37,379 nucleotides of DNA from a virus (taxonomy: Duplodnaviria > Caudoviricetes): IMG/VR virus record IMGVR_UViG_3300025301_000042, positions 1-37,379 of that record; one strand, written 5' to 3'. The first letter of the stretch is position 1. Each line of letters starts with the position of its first letter. Below the pieces are notes generated by a model. The model had not been told where the DNA came from, did no database searches, and worked only from the letters and a program-made list of their open reading frames with translations. Shown piece by piece: positions 26,488-35,164 of the stretch. The translations under genes and the position numbers were made by a program.

Positions 26488-28905
26488 ATGCCAGTAGCAT
26501 TATCAGAACGAGATGCTTTTAGTTATGATAAATTTACATTAACTTCAGTCCAAGCAACGGATAGTCCTGGTAATAGGACTTTTACCTTAACTAAATCTAT
26601 ATTTCTACCTGAACTTCCTGAAACCTTAGAAGTATTAATTAATGGTGTAAAATTAAAAGGTGATGGAACTGCTACAGCAGCAGGAAGTGGTGATGAGTTC
26701 TATGTAAATAGTGCTACTGCACCTACTACAATGACTATTGAGACTAATGCCGTTTTAGCTGCCCAAACTGATAGTGCAGTTACTACATTAGGTGAAAATA
26801 ATTTATTAGTAATAAGACGTATCTCAAATAGGACAACTAAGAATATTGATTATGCTCCAGGTTCAGTAATACGAGAAGTAGATTTAGATAATAGTAATAC
26901 ACAAATTATTCATATTGCACAAGAAGCTGTTGACATAGCATTACAAGGTATTATTCTTGATGCTGATAATAAATTTGATGCTAATGATGGAACTGCTGAT
27001 CGTAAAATTAAAAACCTAGAAGATGGTATTGAAGATGATGAAGCAGTAAATAAAGGACAATTAGCTGCTACAGAAGTAACTACACTTGCATACAAGGAAG
27101 ATACTGAGGACTACAAGCTGGAAACCGCAGATTGGGCTACTAAGGTAAATGGTGTAGTAAATACTTATACGGACAATGTAGCTCAAAGTGATGGTACAGA
27201 TCAGTCTGCAAAAGCATACGCAATCGGAGGAACAGGAGTAACACAGACTGCATCTAAGGGTGCAGCAAAAGAGTGGGCTATTGGTACAGGAAGAATTGAT
27301 GATCAAAGTTCAGGTGATTATTCTTCAAAAGAATGGGCAACTGGAACAACCGCAACTAGCTCAAAAACCTACGCAACAAAAGTAGATGGGGCAGTAACAG
27401 GAACTGATTTTAGTTCTAAAGCATGGGCTATAGGAGGAACGAATGTAACTACAACTGCAAGTCGAGGATCAGCAAAAGAATGGGCAACCGCATCAGGATT
27501 AGTAGATACTGCAAGTTATTCTGCAAAAGAATATTCACAATCCAGTACCGCAGGAACAAGCACATATGGAGGTTCAGCAAAAGGTTGGGCTTCTACTGCG
27601 GCAGATACAGCAGTACCGGGTGCAGGATCATCAGATAGATCAGCATTACATTATTCAACAGCCGCATCTAATTCTGCAACAGCCGCTAAAAATAGTGCGG
27701 CGGCAATAGCAAACTCTTTTGATTCTTTTAATGATATATATCTAGGATCAATGTCTGATGCAGTAGCTTTTACTGCTAATTCAAGTACAGATTTCCTTAC
27801 ATCAACCGCACATGGATTAGTTGATACTCAACAAATACAAGTTGTAGGATCAGATTTACCATCAGGATTAAGTGCTTCCACAAATTATTTTGTAAGAGAT
27901 AAAACAACTAATACTTTTAAATTAGCCGCAACATCTGGAGGAACTGCAATAAACATAGTTGACAATGGTTCAGGAAGCACTTGGATATACGGAGATTTTG
28001 CAACTCCTACTTCATCTTCATGGGCCAAAAATGGATCAACTATTACAGTAGCAAGTAATATTGGAATACGAGTTGGACAAGTTGTAAGTGGTACAGGAAT
28101 ACCAACATCACCTAAACCTAATGTATTATCTATAGATGGCACGGCTATTGTTATTTCTGAAAACATGGCGGCGGCTGGATCAAGTGTAGCAGTTACATTT
28201 GCCAATAAAGGTGTTTATGGGGCATTTAATACAACTAAAGATGGCCCTTCTACAGACAATGATGGAGATGCATTAGTAGATGGTATGTTGTATTTCAACA
28301 GTACCGATAACAACATGATGGTCTACAAGACTACAGGCGCATCATGGATTAAGACTTCAGCTTCAGGAGGTGTTTCATTAGTAATGCATAAAGCTGTTGC
28401 TTCTGGTACACCTACTTCTTTTGCGGCTAGTGACTTCACTCCCACATTAAGTTATGAAGTTAATAATATAATTGTGTGGCTCAATGGAGTTAAATTAGAT
28501 TCAACAGATTATGTTGCAACTACAGGAACTACAATTACAGATTTAGCAGCTTTGGCTAATGCAGACGAATTGGTTGTCTTGGCATTTAAGACCTTTGAAG
28601 TTGCAGATGCAGTTAGTGCAGCTTCAGGAGGGACTTTTGGAGGTGCAGTTACATGTTCTGCAGGACTCACAAGTACAACCATTGATGCAACTACAGACTT
28701 CACCATTGGTGGAACAGTCATTACGAATAACACAATCACAGATGATGGAACATTAACCATTACTGCAACTACAGGAATCACTCTAGGTCAGGATACAGCA
28801 TTGTCTGCAGGTAAAGACCTAGAAACATCAACAACAGGAAAGATAAAAATGAAAGGCAGTTTTATGCAATCAAGTACACATCAAGCACTTACATTAGGAG
28901 GTTAA
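26488..28905 (+). CDS. Tail fibre (T7 gp17-like N-terminal adaptor)
   Basis: IRRIS.R....DY..GSVIRE.DLD.SN.Q...IAQEA, KIKNL.DG....EAVNKGQL, SAKEWA-type repeats, DNDGDAL..GMLYFNS. Confidence 0.9.
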   Translation: MPVALSERDAFSYDKFTLTSVQATDSPGNRTFTLTKSIFLPELPETLEVLINGVKLKGDGTATAAGSGDEFYVNSATAPTTMTIETNAVLAAQTDSAVTTLGENNLLVIRRISNRTTKNIDYAPGSVIREVDLDNSNTQIIHIAQEAVDIALQGIILDADNKFDANDGTADRKIKNLEDGIEDDEAVNKGQLAATEVTTLAYKEDTEDYKLETADWATKVNGVVNTYTDNVAQSDGTDQSAKAYAIGGTGVTQTASKGAAKEWAIGTGRIDDQSSGDYSSKEWATGTTATSSKTYATKVDGAVTGTDFSSKAWAIGGTNVTTTASRGSAKEWATASGLVDTASYSAKEYSQSSTAGTSTYGGSAKGWASTAADTAVPGAGSSDRSALHYSTAASNSATAAKNSAAAIANSFDSFNDIYLGSMSDAVAFTANSSTDFLTSTAHGLVDTQQIQVVGSDLPSGLSASTNYFVRDKTTNTFKLAATSGGTAINIVDNGSGSTWIYGDFATPTSSSWAKNGSTITVASNIGIRVGQVVSGTGIPTSPKPNVLSIDGTAIVISENMAAAGSSVAVTFANKGVYGAFNTTKDGPSTDNDGDALVDGMLYFNSTDNNMMVYKTTGASWIKTSASGGVSLVMHKAVASGTPTSFAASDFTPTLSYEVNNIIVWLNGVKLDSTDYVATTGTTITDLAALANADELVVLAFKTFEVADAVSAASGGTFGGAVTCSAGLTSTTIDATTDFTIGGTVITNNTITDDGTLTITATTGITLGQDTALSAGKDLETSTTGKIKMKGSFMQSSTHQALTLGG
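27205..27660 (+). repeat. Degenerate S(A/S)K(E/A)(W/Y)A peptide repeats in the tail fibre shaft
   Basis: SAKAYA, AAKEWA, SSKEWA, SSKTYA, SSKAWA, SAKEWA, SAKEYS, SAKGWA, SALHYS. Confidence 0.8.
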
Positions 28906-28906
28906 T

Positions 28907-29296
28907 ATGGCAATACCAAGTGGTTCAGGGACAGAGGTTCTAAAGAATACAACCATTAAAACTCAATCTAATTCAGAAACAGCAGTTAGATGGGATGGTA
29001 CAAGAGCAACAACTGGAACTTCAACTTATTCGGTTCCTACAAATCATATAATAACAGTATTAAGTATTGTTTTTTGTGAGGTTGCCAATGCAACAGGAGG
29101 CGAGTTACTAACTGTTAGATTAGACGATGGAACAGATAATGTTTATGTTCTTAATCAGCAATCCATTCCAGCTTATGGGACATTCACTTGGAATGATCGT
29201 GTAGTTATAGCATCTGGAAATAAACTAAAAATTAATTTAGCCTCTGCTGGAAATGTTGATATTTGGGTTAGTTACATCGACCAAGACTGGACATAA
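28907..29296 (+). CDS. Small tail-associated beta-rich protein
   Basis: In the fibre cluster; YSVPTNH..TV.SI..C beta-sandwich-like pattern; AGGAGG RBS. Confidence 0.6.
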   Translation: MAIPSGSGTEVLKNTTIKTQSNSETAVRWDGTRATTGTSTYSVPTNHIITVLSIVFCEVANATGGELLTVRLDDGTDNVYVLNQQSIPAYGTFTWNDRVVIASGNKLKINLASAGNVDIWVSYIDQDWT

Positions 29297-29305
29297 GGAG
29301 AAACC

Positions 29306-29767
29306 ATGAGTGGAATAATTGGAGGAGCAGGAAGCAGGTCTGGTGTCATCGGTGTGACTGAGATTGATTATGAAGAAGGTGACTGGACACCTATAATTTC
29401 AGATACGAGTAATAATGCAACTGGTTATTCTGTCCAAGCTGGATATTATACAAAAATTGGTCGTAAAGTATTTTTAACAGGCCGAATCCAAACATCTAAT
29501 CTTGGCTCTGTTTCGGGTAATATTGTTTTGGGTGGTTTCCCATTTACAGTAATAAATTCAGATAAAGCAAGATCAGGATTAACCTTTACAGGACATAATT
29601 TTAATATGTCTGCTGGTACAAGTGTTATAGGTGGTGATTGTGAAGCTGGACAAACTTATGCTTATTTAAGGCGTTGGAATCAAGATGCAGGAACAGCACA
29701 GATGACAGATACAAACTGGTCTGCTGATGGAGCAGGATATTTTTCAATCTTTTACGTTGTAGCATAA
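29306..29767 (+). CDS. Tail fibre distal / receptor-binding module
   Basis: DYEEGDWTP...GYYTKIGRKV...GFPFT motif typical of phage fibre tips. Confidence 0.75.
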   Translation: MSGIIGGAGSRSGVIGVTEIDYEEGDWTPIISDTSNNATGYSVQAGYYTKIGRKVFLTGRIQTSNLGSVSGNIVLGGFPFTVINSDKARSGLTFTGHNFNMSAGTSVIGGDCEAGQTYAYLRRWNQDAGTAQMTDTNWSADGAGYFSIFYVVA

Positions 29768-29779
29768 TAAAGAATAAAA

Positions 29780-30010
29780 ATGGCAAATACATTAGACAAA
29801 ATAGAAGTAGTCACAGATTACAAACATCTCCAAATCAGAGAGGTTACAGATACAGGTGGCTACCATCGAAGGGTACTAACATCAGATATGGATGTATCTG
29901 GAGAAGTGCAAGAGATTCAGGACAAAGCAGAAGAACTTTGGACTGATGAAGTTAAGTCAGCATGGACAACTTTTCAGGCAGAACAAGAAGCAAAAAGGAG
30001 TAACACATGA
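29780..30010 (+). CDS. Fibre-associated small protein (chaperone-like)
   Basis: DKIEVV..YKHLQIRE...YHRRVL...D.SGE...Q......WTDEVK.AW, a pattern that commonly follows YEEG.WTP proteins. Confidence 0.65.
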   Translation: MANTLDKIEVVTDYKHLQIREVTDTGGYHRRVLTSDMDVSGEVQEIQDKAEELWTDEVKSAWTTFQAEQEAKRSNT

Positions 30011-31140
30011 GCAGAGCAAGACAAGTAGCCAATTTTGATCCAGCATTATTAGCCGCAGATGAAGTTAGTCTGGATAAGGTGGATGATGGTACTTTAGGTA
30101 CAGGCACAATAGGTGGTAGTTCTGTAGTTAATACCTCTGGAGCAATCACTACTACTGGAATTAATACTTCTGCATCTCTCGTACTAACACCAGGTTCTAC
30201 ACCAGGCTCTCCAACTGAAGGAGCAATGTATTATGACAGTACAGCTCGTACAGTAAAAGTTTACGACAGCACAGCTTGGAGACAAATGAGTAATGAAGCA
30301 TTTTCTGCAACAGGTGGAACAGTTACAACTTATACAGGCTTCAAAGTGCATAAATTTACTTCTTCAGGTACATTTACAGTATCGGGTGCTGTAAGCACAA
30401 TTGACTTTCTTGTAGTTGCTGGTGGAGGAGGAGGTGGTTCAGAAGTAGGGGCTTCCAACGGTTCTAGTGGAGGAGGTGCTGGAGGTCTTGTTTGGACTAC
30501 TGGTCATAAAGTAACTGCACAATCGTATGGTATATTTATAGGTGCAGGAGGACAGCCAGTATTTGTTGGGGGTTTAGCAGGATACAATGGAGGAGATAGT
30601 ACTGCATTCGGTATAACAGCAGAAGGAGGAGGAGGAGGAGGAAATTGGAATGGTGGAACTGGAGTAGACGGTGGGTCTGGAGGAGGGTCTAATTCTGCTA
30701 CTACGAGTGTGGGTAGGCAGGGTTATGCTGGAGGTACATCAACAGGTGTTTATGGAAGTGGTGGAGGTGGTGCAGGAGCAGTAGGACAATCAGGCACTCC
30801 TTCTAATGGTGGTGATGGGTCTTCAACATTTGTTAATTCATCGGCTTCGGAAACAACTGCACTTTTATTGGCTTCTGTAGCTGGGACTGATAGCTCAAAT
30901 GTGGCAACAACAAGCAGTTCATCTGGTACACTTTATATTGCTGGTGGTGGTGGTGGAGCTTATACTGATTCTCATACTAGCACAGGAGGAAAAGGGGGTG
31001 GAGGATATTATGGTACCACAAATTCCACATCTAGTCCCGGAAAGGCAAATACTGGAGGAGGAGGTGGAGGAACAGCTTGGGATAATCATTTAGGTTCTAA
31101 AGGTGGTTCAGGGATCGTAATCATAAGGTATGCAATATGA
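30007..31140 (+). CDS. Glycine-rich tail fibre/adhesin-like protein
   Basis: MSRAR N-terminus, EGAMYYDS, ATGG...KVHKFTSSGTF, LVVAGGGGGG, GGSGIVIIRY end. Confidence 0.85.
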   Translation: MSRARQVANFDPALLAADEVSLDKVDDGTLGTGTIGGSSVVNTSGAITTTGINTSASLVLTPGSTPGSPTEGAMYYDSTARTVKVYDSTAWRQMSNEAFSATGGTVTTYTGFKVHKFTSSGTFTVSGAVSTIDFLVVAGGGGGGSEVGASNGSSGGGAGGLVWTTGHKVTAQSYGIFIGAGGQPVFVGGLAGYNGGDSTAFGITAEGGGGGGNWNGGTGVDGGSGGGSNSATTSVGRQGYAGGTSTGVYGSGGGGAGAVGQSGTPSNGGDGSSTFVNSSASETTALLLASVAGTDSSNVATTSSSSGTLYIAGGGGGAYTDSHTSTGGKGGGGYYGTTNSTSSPGKANTGGGGGGTAWDNHLGSKGGSGIVIIRYAI

Positions 31141-31185
31141 GCTACATAGCATTAGCAGAAGGTAAACAAGTGAGTGAATCCACTC

Positions 31186-31368
31186 ATGAAGATTAACTTA
31201 AAGTTAGAATCTGGTTTAGAAGTAGATTTTACTCCAGACTTTGACATGCCTAATGAAGCACAACTAGATAAGGTTACATGGACTTTACCTGATCCTATAA
31301 ATACTAAAACAATTCAATTACTAGATCCAGATTATTTTTATATAGGAGAAGATGAAGAAAACACTTAA
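31186..31368 (+). CDS. Hypothetical protein
   Basis: Short acidic ORF filling the gap; start ATG 31186 or GTG 31174. Confidence 0.5.
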   Translation: MKINLKLESGLEVDFTPDFDMPNEAQLDKVTWTLPDPINTKTIQLLDPDYFYIGEDEENT

Positions 31369-31747
31369 TACTTTATTAATTACTACATTATTACTAATTG
31401 GAAGTTGGATAGCTACAGCCGAACCTCCTAATGTAGAATACTACCCACTTAATAATCCACATAGTAACCCACCTTCCGCACAACAACAATCTCCAGTAGA
31501 TAATGTAATTAGTATACTGCTAGATCAGGGTTTTGCAGGAGCTATTATCGTAATACTGTTTGTATGGACTTACAAGACAGATAAGAATAATAGAGCTTCA
31601 CAGAAGGAAAACTTCGATAAGTTCGTAGCTATTAGTGCAGAATGTTCTGCTCACATGGCAAGTGTATCAGCAAGACTAGAGAACATAGAACGTGAAATCG
31701 AAGCAACTAAACAATTAGAAATGCTTCAAGCAACAAGAAAGGGATAA
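31352..31747 (+). CDS. Membrane protein, holin-like
   Basis: N-terminal hydrophobic signal, a second TM (QGFAGAIIVILFVW), then a coiled coil; lysis-module position. Confidence 0.55.
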   Translation: MKKTLNTLLITTLLLIGSWIATAEPPNVEYYPLNNPHSNPPSAQQQSPVDNVISILLDQGFAGAIIVILFVWTYKTDKNNRASQKENFDKFVAISAECSAHMASVSARLENIEREIEATKQLEMLQATRKG

Positions 31748-31748
31748 A

Positions 31749-31922
31749 ATGATAGGACTATTAGCTCCGTTAATCGGAGGAACAGTTAAGGCACTCTGTA
31801 TGAGTATGCTTTCTGAGGAACTTTTAAAACGTGTAATTTTGATTCTTTTGGAACGACTCGTGAAATCTACTGACAATACATTAGACGATCAAATACTTGC
31901 AGAATATAAAAAACACATGTAG
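31749..31922 (+). CDS. Small holin-like protein (not in the ORF track)
   Basis: MIGLLAPLIGGTVKALCMSMLSEELLKRVILILLERLVKSTDNTLDDQILAEYKKHM, 57 aa. The STDN.LDD motif resembles small lysis-region proteins of marine podoviruses. Confidence 0.7.
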   Translation: MIGLLAPLIGGTVKALCMSMLSEELLKRVILILLERLVKSTDNTLDDQILAEYKKHM

Positions 31923-31929
31923 GGTATGA

Positions 31930-32268
31930 ATGAAACTAGCAGAAAAAATTATAATTATACTGATAGTATTTTTACTAGGTATTTCCTATTTTCCTACTAA
32001 ATGGGTATTTGCTGAAGAAAAGTTAAAATTCTCCACTCAACAAACAAGAGAACTATGGCAAGTTTGTGCAGTATCATTTCGTAATATAAATCCTAGTATT
32101 GGACAGGATGTTTACTTTCCTGTATGTGATTGTTATGTAGACCACATAAGAGCCAACTACGAACCAAAAGTGATGGATAATATGACACCAGAAGGATCTA
32201 ATAAGTTATCCCTAGAACTACGAAAAGCATGTAATCCTAAACACCTAAGAGATGAGGATTTTACATAA
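31930..32268 (+). CDS. Exported Cys-containing hypothetical protein
   Basis: Signal peptide ending VFA; four Cys (QVC, VCDC, KAC). Confidence 0.6.
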   Translation: MKLAEKIIIILIVFLLGISYFPTKWVFAEEKLKFSTQQTRELWQVCAVSFRNINPSIGQDVYFPVCDCYVDHIRANYEPKVMDNMTPEGSNKLSLELRKACNPKHLRDEDFT

Positions 32269-32269
32269 T

Positions 32270-32653
32270 ATGGGAATATCATCAGCAAACTTTAGTAGTA
32301 AAGAGTTATCATGCTCCTGCTGTGGGAAAAACAAGTTTAACAAGGAGACATTGATAGCCTTACAGAGACTTAGAGATGCAATAGGTAAACCAATTTCTCT
32401 CTCGTCAGCGTATCGCTGCCCTGAAAAAAATAGTAAGGTAAGTTCTACAGGTAAGGAAGGCCCGCATACTACTGGAAAAGCTATTGATATTTTATGTAGT
32501 GGAAAATTAGCTCACGAGATTCTGAGCTTTGCAATGATACGTTGTAATATATGGAAAGGGATTGGAATTAGTCAGAAAGGTAAACATAAATCCAGGTTCA
32601 TACATTTGGATACTATAGATTCTGATAATAGACCTTGGGTATGGAGTTACTAG
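32270..32653 (+). CDS. Peptidase M15A (D-Ala-D-Ala carboxypeptidase-type) endolysin
   Basis: NFS..EL.CSCCG, SAYRCP..N, GPH..GKAID, FIHLD (H-D-H Zn site). Start 32270 or 32252. Confidence 0.9.
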   Translation: MGISSANFSSKELSCSCCGKNKFNKETLIALQRLRDAIGKPISLSSAYRCPEKNSKVSSTGKEGPHTTGKAIDILCSGKLAHEILSFAMIRCNIWKGIGISQKGKHKSRFIHLDTIDSDNRPWVWSY

Positions 32654-33241
32654 ATGGCAGATAAAACAAAAAATCCATTTGATAAATTTGTAAAGAAACT
32701 TGATCCCAAAACTAGAAAGAAATTACGGATACTTTTCCCAGATCCATCTAAAAAAGTTATTCCTATTAAAAAAATACCACTAACTGTAACATCTCCTGAT
32801 AGTATTACTACAAAAATTAAATATGGTTATGGAGATAAATTAGCAGTAGAGGCAGCTAGAACAGATCCAATCTTTAAAAAACTATCTCCAGAGTCTCAAC
32901 AGAAGTATATTGAGTTTATGGATAAACAAATAAAAAGTAATCAACCAATAACTGCTAAACAGATTGCTAATCTTAAAATTATTAAAGCAAAACTTGACAA
33001 ATTAAATAAAAAAAGATCAGGAGGAAAAGGAGGTGGGAAACCTTCAGGTAAAGGAATAGGAGCACTTTCTGGAATTTCAAGTGTATTAGGAATATTTAGA
33101 GCAAAGAAAGAAGCAAAAAAAGATCTAGGTAGAAAACCAAGTACATTAGAAATTCTGGAATATACGGTACCTCCTCATGCACGATTAAAAGCAATGAAGA
33201 AGAAGATGTTTGGTAATTATTATATTCCACCTTCAATATAA
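32654..33241 (+). CDS. Lys-rich hypothetical protein
   Basis: 195 aa, strongly basic, with a Gly-rich amphipathic segment GIGALSGISSVLGIF. Confidence 0.55.
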   Translation: MADKTKNPFDKFVKKLDPKTRKKLRILFPDPSKKVIPIKKIPLTVTSPDSITTKIKYGYGDKLAVEAARTDPIFKKLSPESQQKYIEFMDKQIKSNQPITAKQIANLKIIKAKLDKLNKKRSGGKGGGKPSGKGIGALSGISSVLGIFRAKKEAKKDLGRKPSTLEILEYTVPPHARLKAMKKKMFGNYYIPPSI

Positions 33242-33246
33242 TCAAA

Positions 33247-33405
33247 ATGAAGTTTCTAATACTCATCATCTCATTTATCATAATAGGCTGTACTACCTCT
33301 ACTCCTGTTCATAAATTCGGCTACTGGCATGAAAGTTATACTCAGAGTGTATCATTCTGGCAATGTGTAGAGATTTTTACACCATATATAAATAAGGAAT
33401 GTTAA
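33247..33405 (+). CDS. Small lipoprotein (not in the ORF track)
   Basis: MKFLILIISFIIIG-CTTSTPVHKFGYWHESYTQSVSFWQCVEIFTPYINKEC, 52 aa. Lipobox IIGC; abuts the terS start. Confidence 0.65.
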   Translation: MKFLILIISFIIIGCTTSTPVHKFGYWHESYTQSVSFWQCVEIFTPYINKEC

Positions 33406-33639
33406 ATGGAAACAAATAAACTTAATACTCTATATGAAGCAGTTGCTACCGAACTATTAACTAGGATAGAGTCAGGAGAAGCTAAACCTGCTGACCTTGC
33501 AGTTGCAGTTAGGTTCCTCAAAGATAATGATATAACTGCTCTACCTGTTAATGATAATGCTCTCCAACAACTAATGGAAAGTATGCCTTTTCCTAGTGAG
33601 AAAGATATAGCAAAAGGTAAAACCTCTTTCGATTGTTAA
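33406..33639 (+). CDS. Terminase small subunit (T7 gp18-like)
   Basis: ELLTRIESGEA.PADL.VAVRFLKDNDI...L..L..SMPF. Confidence 0.85.
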   Translation: METNKLNTLYEAVATELLTRIESGEAKPADLAVAVRFLKDNDITALPVNDNALQQLMESMPFPSEKDIAKGKTSFDC

Positions 33640-33642
33640 ATT

Positions 33643-34701
33643 ATGGCTGAAGAAGAAGTAATTAAAGAACCTAGAAGTGCAAAGGAAAATTGGGAATTTC
33701 TAGGTAGAGATACAGGCCCAGGAACATGGAAAAAAGGTGAAGTAGGAGAAAGAATTTATCCTATGCCTGAATCTGTCTATGATACATTCCATAGAAATTT
33801 ATTCCAAACACCTACTATTGATACAGAAGTTAATCCTGATCCATTAATACGAAGAGAAGACTTACTCACTTGGTCAAAAAATCATAAAGGTAAACTTATT
33901 CTTGCTGATGAACTTAGAAATACTACTACTTATCAAAATGGTGTAACCTATAGAGATCCTATAACCTTTTATCATGGAACTACTTGGAATAAGAAAGATC
34001 ATTTTGAATTAACTAAAAGTCAGAAAAAAGAATATGGACATTGGGGAAGTGGAAACTACTTCGTAACTGAAATTGGAGATGCAGTTCCCTATTCTCCAAG
34101 TAGAAATGATGGAATGAAAGAAGTTATACCTACTGATATACAAAAAATAAGACAGAAAGGTATTGAAGATAAATCTCAAGTACTCCAGGTACATTTAGCA
34201 CCTAAAAAACCTCTAAAAACTACTAGGTATAATATTGATACAGTACATATTGAAGATCCTAAAGATTATGATAAGGTTTTAGAAACTACTAGAGACTTGA
34301 TTGTAAAGAATAGTAAGAAGAAGAGAGGGGAGAGAGATATGACTCTTGAATCTTTCGATAGAAAAATTAAAGCTGTGATAGAACATGCTTTTGATTTAGG
34401 TACTCTCTCTGATAGGTACAATATGTCCTCTCCTACAGAAGGTGATCCTGTGGGTTCAATGTTTGGGGAAAAGGAACTACAAAAAAGTCAGTCTGAAAAT
34501 AGATCTCCAGACTATATAGGGCAATTAGATGTAGAGGAACTGTCTGAATACATACCTTCACAGGACTTTTCAGAAATAGCAAAGGCGGCAGGATATACTG
34601 CTACACTTATTAAATATAAAGAGAATTTCCTTGAAGATAGGTTTCCTACTGATCCTGATCCTGATCACTTTTACGAAGTAATTCTTTATAATACTGGATA
34701 A
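33643..34701 (+). CDS. ADP-ribosyltransferase-like (ART-PolyVal-type) protein
   Basis: FYHGT....F.....G.WGSGNYF.....A..YS, V.QVHL..KKPL, AGY....I, YEVILY (H-Y-E type arrangement). Confidence 0.7.
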   Translation: MAEEEVIKEPRSAKENWEFLGRDTGPGTWKKGEVGERIYPMPESVYDTFHRNLFQTPTIDTEVNPDPLIRREDLLTWSKNHKGKLILADELRNTTTYQNGVTYRDPITFYHGTTWNKKDHFELTKSQKKEYGHWGSGNYFVTEIGDAVPYSPSRNDGMKEVIPTDIQKIRQKGIEDKSQVLQVHLAPKKPLKTTRYNIDTVHIEDPKDYDKVLETTRDLIVKNSKKKRGERDMTLESFDRKIKAVIEHAFDLGTLSDRYNMSSPTEGDPVGSMFGEKELQKSQSENRSPDYIGQLDVEELSEYIPSQDFSEIAKAAGYTATLIKYKENFLEDRFPTDPDPDHFYEVILYNTG

Positions 34702-34713
34702 AAGTAATGTAAT

Positions 34714-35082
34714 ATGGCTTATTCTGAGAAAGTGATAGAACATTATGAACGACCTAGAAACATTGGTAGCATGGGGATTACTAGCTCTATTGGTACTGGG
34801 CTTGTGGGTGCTCCTGAATGTGGAGATGTAATGAAGCTCCAAATCAAGGTTGAGAATAATAAAATAGTGGATGCAAAGTTTAAAACCTTTGGATGTGGTT
34901 CAGCAATAGCATCATCTTCCCTTGCAACTGAATGGGTAAAAGGGAAAACAATAGAGGAAGCTCAGACAATTAAAAATACTGATATTGTCAAAGAGCTATC
35001 ATTACCACCAGTAAAAATACATTGTTCTGTCCTTGCTGAAGATGCAATTAAGGCTGCTATTGCAGATTACCTTAGTCATTGA
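34714..35082 (+). CDS. iscU: Fe-S cluster assembly scaffold IscU
   Basis: MAYSEKVIEHYERPRN.G, GAPECGDVMKLQI, KFKTFGCGSAIASSS, LPPVKIHCSVLAEDAI. All three Cys and the HscA-binding LPPVK motif are intact. Confidence 0.97.
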   Translation: MAYSEKVIEHYERPRNIGSMGITSSIGTGLVGAPECGDVMKLQIKVENNKIVDAKFKTFGCGSAIASSSLATEWVKGKTIEEAQTIKNTDIVKELSLPPVKIHCSVLAEDAIKAAIADYLSH

Positions 35083-35101
35083 TATTATTATACATGTTTA
35101 A

Positions 35102-35134
35102 TTAACTCCCCTTATAGTATAGGGGGAGGGTTAA
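35102..35134. promoter_or_regulatory. GC-rich near-palindrome after iscU (terminator, processing site or promoter)
   Basis: TTAAC-TCCCCTTATA-G-TATAGGGGGA-GG-GTTAA; no clean U tract follows. Confidence 0.5.
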
Positions 35135-35164
35135 ACATATATAAACAAAGGAAGGATAGATACA

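Noticed and set aside
27205-27660. Possible CRISPR-like or DGR repeats in the fibre gene
   Set aside because: Repeats are degenerate and protein-level with irregular spacing; no cas or reverse transcriptase gene is present.
3898-31093. Nested alternative-frame + ORFs (3898-4278, 8077-8268, 9926-10141, 13555-13740, 27423-27638, 28559-28756, 30899-31093)
   Set aside because: Lie entirely inside conserved genes with no RBS or motif support; the poly-Lys in 9926 is just the GAA tract read in another frame.
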